This document shows positions 27,561-32,000 of a stretch of DNA of 32,000 nt, piece by piece. Within the stretch, counting starts at the first letter, position 1. Each line of letters begins with the position of its first letter. The DNA is from Wolbachia endosymbiont of Drosophila innubila (GTDB lineage Bacteria > Pseudomonadota > Alphaproteobacteria > Rickettsiales > Anaplasmataceae). Made by a program: the position numbers and the translations under genes. The stretch is taken from contig NZ_CP076228.1 in the NCBI RefSeq assembly GCF_021378375.1, forward strand, positions 810,001 through 842,000, read 5' to 3'. Below the pieces are notes generated by a model. It saw only the letters and a list, made by a program, of their open reading frames with translations, did no database searches and had not been told where the DNA came from.

Positions 27561-27790
27561 ATCGTCATACCGCCACAAACCGTCATACCGCGATTCATTC
27601 GCGGTATCTCTCAACATAGATCCCGCTAGCGGGATGACAAATATACCGCCGCGGCGCTAACAAGAGATCCCGCTAACACGTAGCGGGATGACGAGCTTAT
27701 CGTGCTGCCACGAACCGTCATGCCTCTGCGAACCGTCATACCGCGATTCATTCGCGGTATCTCAGCCGCTAACAAGCAGCGGGATGACGG
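27561..27790. repeat. Array of the same palindromic elements downstream of purH
   Basis: Hairpins at 27585-27607, 27667-27689 and 27738-27760, a perfect 16-nt palindrome at 27620-27635, and a half unit at 27765-27788. The modules match the reverse complement of those at 21033-21176. Confidence 0.9.
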
Positions 27791-27900
27791 TTGTCGTTTA
27801 GCCATAAATATTAAGAAATTTACCAAATGAAAAAAAGGCAAAAGAAGCCCTGGGGTTATTATCCGCTTTAAAATATTGGCGTTTTTTATGTTTTAAACGC

Positions 27901-27929
27901 TTGACAAGCAAGATTAAGCTGCTTTTAAT
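27901..27929 (+). promoter_or_regulatory. Promoter-like motif P2 inside repeat copy C, convergent with P1
   Basis: TTGACA-N17-TTTAAT on the strand opposite P1, about 300 bp away. Confidence 0.35.
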
Positions 27930-28228
27930 TGCAACTAACTTACGCTGCAAATGTTTAAGAAGTTTACTAAGCAGAAAAAAAGACAAAGAATCCCCGAGTT
28001 AGCTAGTCTTTTACTATCTCTGTCGAGTATTGGCATTTTTTGATGTCTTGTAACGCTTTATAAGCGCGTTCAGCTTATTTAGATAAAAATCTAGATGTAG
28101 ATGAAGTTTTGTAAAGACATACAGTATCTATACACTGCAAAAAATTGAACATAAGACGCCGATACATTAAGTAATCCTTACCTTTTAATCTGCAGATTGG
28201 CGAAAGCAAATACAATAGCTTCACTATC

Positions 28229-28257
28229 ATGATAAGGGCGCTGGCGGAGTTTGTCAA
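28229..28257 (-). promoter_or_regulatory. Promoter-like motif P1, repeat copy C
   Basis: Reverse complement reads TTGACA-N17-TATCAT. Confidence 0.4.
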
Positions 28258-28311
28258 GTAAGTTTTTTTGTTTCTATGGGTCAGTTGGACTTAAAGTCTA
28301 CACAAAAAACG

Positions 28312-28340
28312 TTTACAACCAACGTTCAACATGGTAAATT
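28312..28340 (+). promoter_or_regulatory. Candidate tRNA-Asn promoter
   Basis: TTTACA-N17-TAAATT. The -10 ends 13 nt before the first tRNA nucleotide. Confidence 0.35.
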
Positions 28341-28353
28341 AAAAACGGTTTAT

Positions 28354-28425
28354 TCCTCGGTAGCTCAGTGGTAGAGCAGTTGGCTGTTAACCAATTGGTC
28401 GCTGGTTCGAATCCGGCCCGGGGAG
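28354..28425 (+). tRNA. tRNA-Asn (anticodon GUU)
   Basis: Hand-folded cloverleaf: acceptor tcctcgg/ccgggga, D arm gctc-agtggta-gagc, anticodon arm gttgg-ctGTTaa-ccaat, T arm gctgg-ttcgaat-ccggc, discriminator g. CCA is not encoded. Confidence 0.9.
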
Positions 28426-28458
28426 CTCTTCTCTGTGAAATTCTAGTGTTGATTTTAT

Positions 28459-30027
28459 ATGAACATTAAATCAGTGGTTTTATGTATACTAGATGGCTGG
28501 GGAAATGGAATAGAGAATAATAAATACAACGCTATCAGCAACGCAAATCCACCCTGTTGGCAATATATTAGCTCTAATTATCCAAAATGCAGTTTATCCG
28601 CCTGTGGAGCTGATGTGGGGTTACCTGGTGGTCAAATAGGTAACTCAGAAGTTGGCCATATGAATATTGGCAGTGGTAGAGTGGTAATACAAAGCCTTCA
28701 GCGCATTAATCAAGAGATTGGAACAATAGAAAACAATGTAAATCTACAAAGTTTTATTAATGATCTAAAAAGTAAGAACGGAGTATGCCATATAATGGGA
28801 TTGGTGTCCGATGGTGGTGTTCATTCGCATCAAAAGCATATTTCAACTTTAGCAAATAAAATATCACAGCATGGAATAAAAGTGGTGATACATGCATTTT
28901 TAGATGGCAGAGACACATTGCCAAATTCAGGAAAAAAATGCATTCAAGAATTTACAAAGAGTATAAAGGGAAATGACACAAGAATTGCTACTGTTTCTGG
29001 GCGTTACTATGCTATGGACCGTGACAACAGGTGGAAGAGAACAATCGAAGCTTATGAGGCTATCGCATTTGCAAAGGCACCTTGTCATGATAATGCAGTA
29101 TCGTTGATTGAGAATAACTATCAAAATAACATAACTGATGAGTTTATCAGGCCCGCAGTAATAGGTGATTATCAAGGTATAAAACCAGAAGATGGAGTGC
29201 TGTTGGCTAACTTTCGTGCTGATCGAATGATACAATTAGCAAGTATTTTGCTTGGCAAAACAGATTACGCTAAGGTAGCAAAATTCTCTTCAATTTTAAG
29301 TATGATGAAGTATAAAGAAGATCTCAAAATTCCTTATATTTTTCCTCCTACTTCTTTCGCTGATACTCTAGGACAAACAATAGAAGACAATAAATTACGA
29401 CAATTACGTATCGCTGAAACCGAGAAATACGCTCATGTGACTTTCTTTTTCAATTGTGGAAAAGAAGAACCTTTCTCTGGTGAAGAAAGAATACTCATTC
29501 CCTCACCAAAAGTTCAAACTTACGATTTGCAGCCCGAAATGTCAGCCTTCGAGCTCACAGAAAAGCTTGTAGAAAAAATTCACTCCCAAGAATTCGCACT
29601 GATAGTTGTAAATTACGCTAATCCTGATATGGTAGGGCATACAGGTAATATAAAAGCAGCCGAGAAAGCTGTGCTAGCTGTAGATGATTGTCTTGCGAAA
29701 GTGCTGAATGCTGTTAAAAAGTCAAGCAACACCGCATTAATTGTTACTGCAGACCATGGTAACGTGGAATGTATGTTCGATGAAGAAAATAATACACCTC
29801 ATACAGCACACACTCTAAATAAAGTGCCATTTATTGTGTCTTGCGATAATCTAAAACTAAGAGACGGAAGGTTATCTGACATTGCCCCTACTATTTTACA
29901 GCTACTTGGAATTAAAAAACCAAACGAAATGACAGGCAGTTCGTTGATTTCTTGCATTACCCTCTGTCATTCCAGCCAGGCAGCGTTATGCACCGGAATG
30001 ACATCAAATAGATGTGTTTTAACTTAA
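28459..30027 (+). CDS. gpmI: 2,3-bisphosphoglycerate-independent phosphoglycerate mutase
   Basis: 522-aa ORF with [26 protein letters not shown] and TADHGN motifs. The C-terminal roughly 20 codons run through a palindromic repeat. Confidence 0.9.
   Translation: MNIKSVVLCILDGWGNGIENNKYNAISNANPPCWQYISSNYPKCSLSACGADVGLPGGQIGNSEVGHMNIGSGRVVIQSLQRINQEIGTIENNVNLQSFINDLKSKNGVCHIMGLVSDGGVHSHQKHISTLANKISQHGIKVVIHAFLDGRDTLPNSGKKCIQEFTKSIKGNDTRIATVSGRYYAMDRDNRWKRTIEAYEAIAFAKAPCHDNAVSLIENNYQNNITDEFIRPAVIGDYQGIKPEDGVLLANFRADRMIQLASILLGKTDYAKVAKFSSILSMMKYKEDLKIPYIFPPTSFADTLGQTIEDNKLRQLRIAETEKYAHVTFFFNCGKEEPFSGEERILIPSPKVQTYDLQPEMSAFELTEKLVEKIHSQEFALIVVNYANPDMVGHTGNIKAAEKAVLAVDDCLAKVLNAVKKSSNTALIVTADHGNVECMFDEENNTPHTAHTLNKVPFIVSCDNLKLRDGRLSDIAPTILQLLGIKKPNEMTGSSLISCITLCHSSQAALCTGMTSNRCVLT
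29965..30004. repeat. Degenerate palindromic element forming the gpmI 3' end
   Basis: tgtcattcc (29965-29973) pairs with ggaatgaca (29996-30004). Same tgtcattccag flank as murD unit 1. Confidence 0.7.
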
Positions 30028-30999
30028 TCCAACTTTTAAATTTTTCGCTGTTAGTACTAATGATTCATTAAAGAAGCTGTCAATATCACCAATACTATCT
30101 ATATTTTTTGTACTGATAGATTGGTCAATTCTTTTGACCAAATTAGATAAAACTTTATTAGGGCCAATTTCAACAAATTTGTTAATGCCACGGCTTGACA
30201 TATACAAAACCATTTCTCTCCATTTCACTCTGCTTACAACTTGCTTGGGGAGTAAAGTTTTTATAACTTTGGGATCACTCTCCTCTTTAGCTGTAACATT
30301 TGATATCAAAGGAACTATAGGACGGGTTATTTTAATACCCTTCAAAAACTCCAAAACTTTTTCATCAGCAGGTTTCATAAGAGATGAATGAAAAGGCCCA
30401 CTAACCTGTAATTTAATTAGTTTCCTCACACTCGAGTTTTTGAATAAATCGGGTAACATTTCAAGAGCTTCTCTAGTGCCACTTATAACCACTTGTCCGC
30501 CACCGTTATCGTTTGCAATTTCACAAATTCCGTCAATTTGAACTGATTTCAATATATCTTCCACTTCATTTATCTCTGCTCCAAGCAACGCAACCATTCC
30601 GCCTTTACATTTCAGTGAAGCTTCATGCATTGCTTCGCTGCGAACTTTCAGCAGCTTGATTGCAGACTCAAGCGTTAACGCTCCTGCAGCACACAGCGCT
30701 GTATATTCGCCAACTGAATGCCCACAAACATATTTAACATTGTGATCAGTGAAAAGAGATTTGCCAAACACATGCTCCATAACACGTAGCATTGCAATTG
30801 ATACTGCCATTATAGCTGGCTGAGCGTTTTCTGTAATGGTTAATTCTTCAATAGGACCGTTGAAGATTAAATGAGACAGCTTTCCATCCAATATGCTATC
30901 TACTTCATTAAATACTTGTCTTGCAACAGAAAACTCACTACATAAGCTCTTTCCCATTCCTACAAACTGAGAGCCCTGACCGGGGAAAGCAAAAATCAT
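30019..30999 (-). CDS. fabD: ACP S-malonyltransferase (malonyl-CoA:ACP transacylase)
   Basis: 326-aa ORF with FPGQGSQ and the active-site GHSVGEY motif. Confidence 0.9.
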   Translation of the reverse strand: MIFAFPGQGSQFVGMGKSLCSEFSVARQVFNEVDSILDGKLSHLIFNGPIEELTITENAQPAIMAVSIAMLRVMEHVFGKSLFTDHNVKYVCGHSVGEYTALCAAGALTLESAIKLLKVRSEAMHEASLKCKGGMVALLGAEINEVEDILKSVQIDGICEIANDNGGGQVVISGTREALEMLPDLFKNSSVRKLIKLQVSGPFHSSLMKPADEKVLEFLKGIKITRPIVPLISNVTAKEESDPKVIKTLLPKQVVSRVKWREMVLYMSSRGINKFVEIGPNKVLSNLVKRIDQSISTKNIDSIGDIDSFFNESLVLTAKNLKVGLS

Positions 31000-31024
31000 G
31001 ATAGTTATTATTTATTCCTTATTA

Positions 31025-31053
31025 AATATACTACTTTATTTATTTTTTGTCAA
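31025..31053 (-). promoter_or_regulatory. Candidate fabD promoter
   Basis: Reverse complement reads TTGACA-N17-TATATT. The -10 ends 25 nt upstream of the fabD ATG. Confidence 0.45.
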
Positions 31054-31069
31054 TATTTTAGAATAATGA

Positions 31070-31098
31070 TTGACTTAGTGAATTAAGTTCACTAGAAT
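31070..31098 (+). promoter_or_regulatory. Candidate rpmE(-nadK) promoter
   Basis: TTGACT-N17-TAGAAT, 29 nt upstream of the rpmE ATG and back to back with the fabD motif. Confidence 0.45.
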
Positions 31099-31127
31099 AT
31101 TAGCTGACTAAAAGTTTATAAACAACA

Positions 31128-31331
31128 ATGAATTATCATAAAATTATTATAGTTATGACAGACGGTCAAGAGTTTGAAACTCGTTCCACTTATGGAAAGG
31201 AGGGAGATAGGGTAAAACTTGATAGAGATCCTCTTACTCACCCTGCATGGACTGGAAGTTTGACAAGCGGGTTAACAAGTAAAACTAGCAAATTAGCTAA
31301 GTTTAACGGTAAATATGGAAGCATTTTCTAA
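31128..31331 (+). CDS. rpmE: 50S ribosomal protein L31
   Basis: 67-aa ORF with VMTDGQEFETRSTYGKEGD...LDRDPLTHPAWTG, typical of alphaproteobacterial L31. Confidence 0.85.
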   Translation: MNYHKIIIVMTDGQEFETRSTYGKEGDRVKLDRDPLTHPAWTGSLTSGLTSKTSKLAKFNGKYGSIF

Positions 31332-31369
31332 TTCTCCTCCTCTTTAAGTTTTAGAGAGTTTACTGAAGC

Positions 31370-32000
31370 ATGCATAAATACAAAAATATAGGCTATGTTG
31401 CTTTTCCATCACCAAAATCGCAGGAAGTATCTAAACTATTAAAGAAACTTAATTTTATCAATATAACAGAAGAAAATAAGTCCGAAATCGATCTATTGAT
31501 AGTTGTTGGCGGTGATGGCTTTATGCTACGCACTTTGCACAATTACGTCATAGAAAATAAAAACATGCATGTGTATGGGATAAACACTGGCAATGTTGGG
31601 TTTTTGATGAATAAATGCTTTAGCTGCAGTGAAGATTTAATTGATCATATAGAGCATGCAACTTCAACTCAGTTAACTTTGCTAAAAATGGAAGCAACAG
31701 ACACAAGTGGCAAGAGATATCATTACATAGCAGTAAACGAAGTATACGTTTTTAGAAAAGCGAACCAAATAGTAGAGATGAATATTACTATTAATGATAA
31801 GCTAAAAGTAGAAAAATTTAGAGGGGACGGAGTAATATTATCTACCCCCACAGGCAGCACTGCATACAACTTCTCTGCCGGTGGCCCAATCTTGCCGCTA
31901 AATTCAAATTTACTTGCACTCACTTCTATCAATAGCTATTACCCAAGGCATTGGAATGGAGCGTTAATATCAAACGATACAATCGTACAAATTGACATTA
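31370..32000 (+). CDS. nadK: NAD kinase, 5' partial (runs off the window end)
   Basis: The frame is open from ATG 31370 to the window end. My own translation gives ..LLIVVGGDGFMLRT.. and ..GDGVILSTPTGSTAYNFSAGGPIL.., the two NAD kinase signature motifs. It is absent from the ORF track because it has no stop. Confidence 0.85.
   Translation, partial: MHKYKNIGYVAFPSPKSQEVSKLLKKLNFINITEENKSEIDLLIVVGGDGFMLRTLHNYVIENKNMHVYGINTGNVGFLMNKCFSCSEDLIDHIEHATSTQLTLLKMEATDTSGKRYHYIAVNEVYVFRKANQIVEMNITINDKLKVEKFRGDGVILSTPTGSTAYNFSAGGPILPLNSNLLALTSINSYYPRHWNGALISNDTIVQIDI

Larger units (their letters stand above)
27722..28277 (-). repeat. Copy C of the 0.55-kb repeat family
   Basis: See copies A and B. It shares 20 extra bp (agtaagttttttgtttctat) with copy A beyond the end of copy B. 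Confidence 0.9.

Noticed and set aside
27626-27841. 71-aa ORF (..RMNRGMTVRRGMTVRGS..) on the minus strand
   Set aside because: It is composed almost entirely of translated palindromic hairpin units, and no equivalent ORF appears in the track for the inverted copy near 20660-20760. Repeat artefact.
27798-27986. 62-aa ORF inside repeat copy C
   Set aside because: TTG start. The frame is not preserved in copy B, where the T-run length differs (8 versus 7 T), so it is not a conserved coding sequence.
27951-28043. Short ORF MFKKFTKQKKRQRIPELASLLLSLSSIGIF downstream of the P2 motif, considered as a type I toxin candidate
   Set aside because: There is no SD-like sequence before the ATG, and the hydrophobic stretch is only about 14 residues. 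The paralogous internal unit upstream has a stop in the equivalent frame.
1-32000. Prophage, IS transposase, toxin-antitoxin, restriction-modification or other defence or accessory gene cassette
   Set aside because: Every long ORF is accounted for by T4SS or housekeeping functions. No integrase, transposase or nuclease motifs were seen in any frame of the supplied track.

Overview
AT-rich (roughly one-third GC by eye) Rickettsiales-type chromosome segment. The gene content and the characteristic palindromic repeats look like Wolbachia; that attribution is inference, since no search was run.

The core is a tightly packed minus-strand type IV secretion operon (3437-18516): virB3, virB4, four greatly enlarged virB6 paralogs, and a small acidic ORF overlapping the last virB6.

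Housekeeping genes flank it:
- Left: murD, a COQ9-family gene, rsmD.
- Right: class I lysS, alaS, a small PAS-like gene, rpmI-rplT, fmt, purH, tRNA-Asn(GUU), gpmI, fabD, rpmE, and the 5' part of nadK.

I found no transposase, phage, CRISPR or recognisable defence genes, and no convincing new multi-gene system.

The unusual content is repeat biology:
1. A non-coding repeat of about 0.55 kb is present three times: 1-260 (cut by the window edge), 20206-20757 and 27722-28277. Two copies form a near-perfect inverted repeat around the alaS-purH block. Each copy carries promoter-like motifs (two full copies have a convergent pair), so it is a candidate sense/antisense RNA locus.
2. A modular family of short hairpin (palindromic) elements has conserved flanks and compensatory stem variants. 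It forms arrays at 20669-21176 and 27561-27790.
3. These hairpin sequences are translated in frame inside murD and supply the last codons of alaS and gpmI.
4. The VirB6 paralogs have lipoprotein-type N-termini, paralogous Cys-rich N-domains and a tandem-repeat charged tail.

All functional calls come from motif recognition in the supplied translations. All promoter calls are hexamer matches only.
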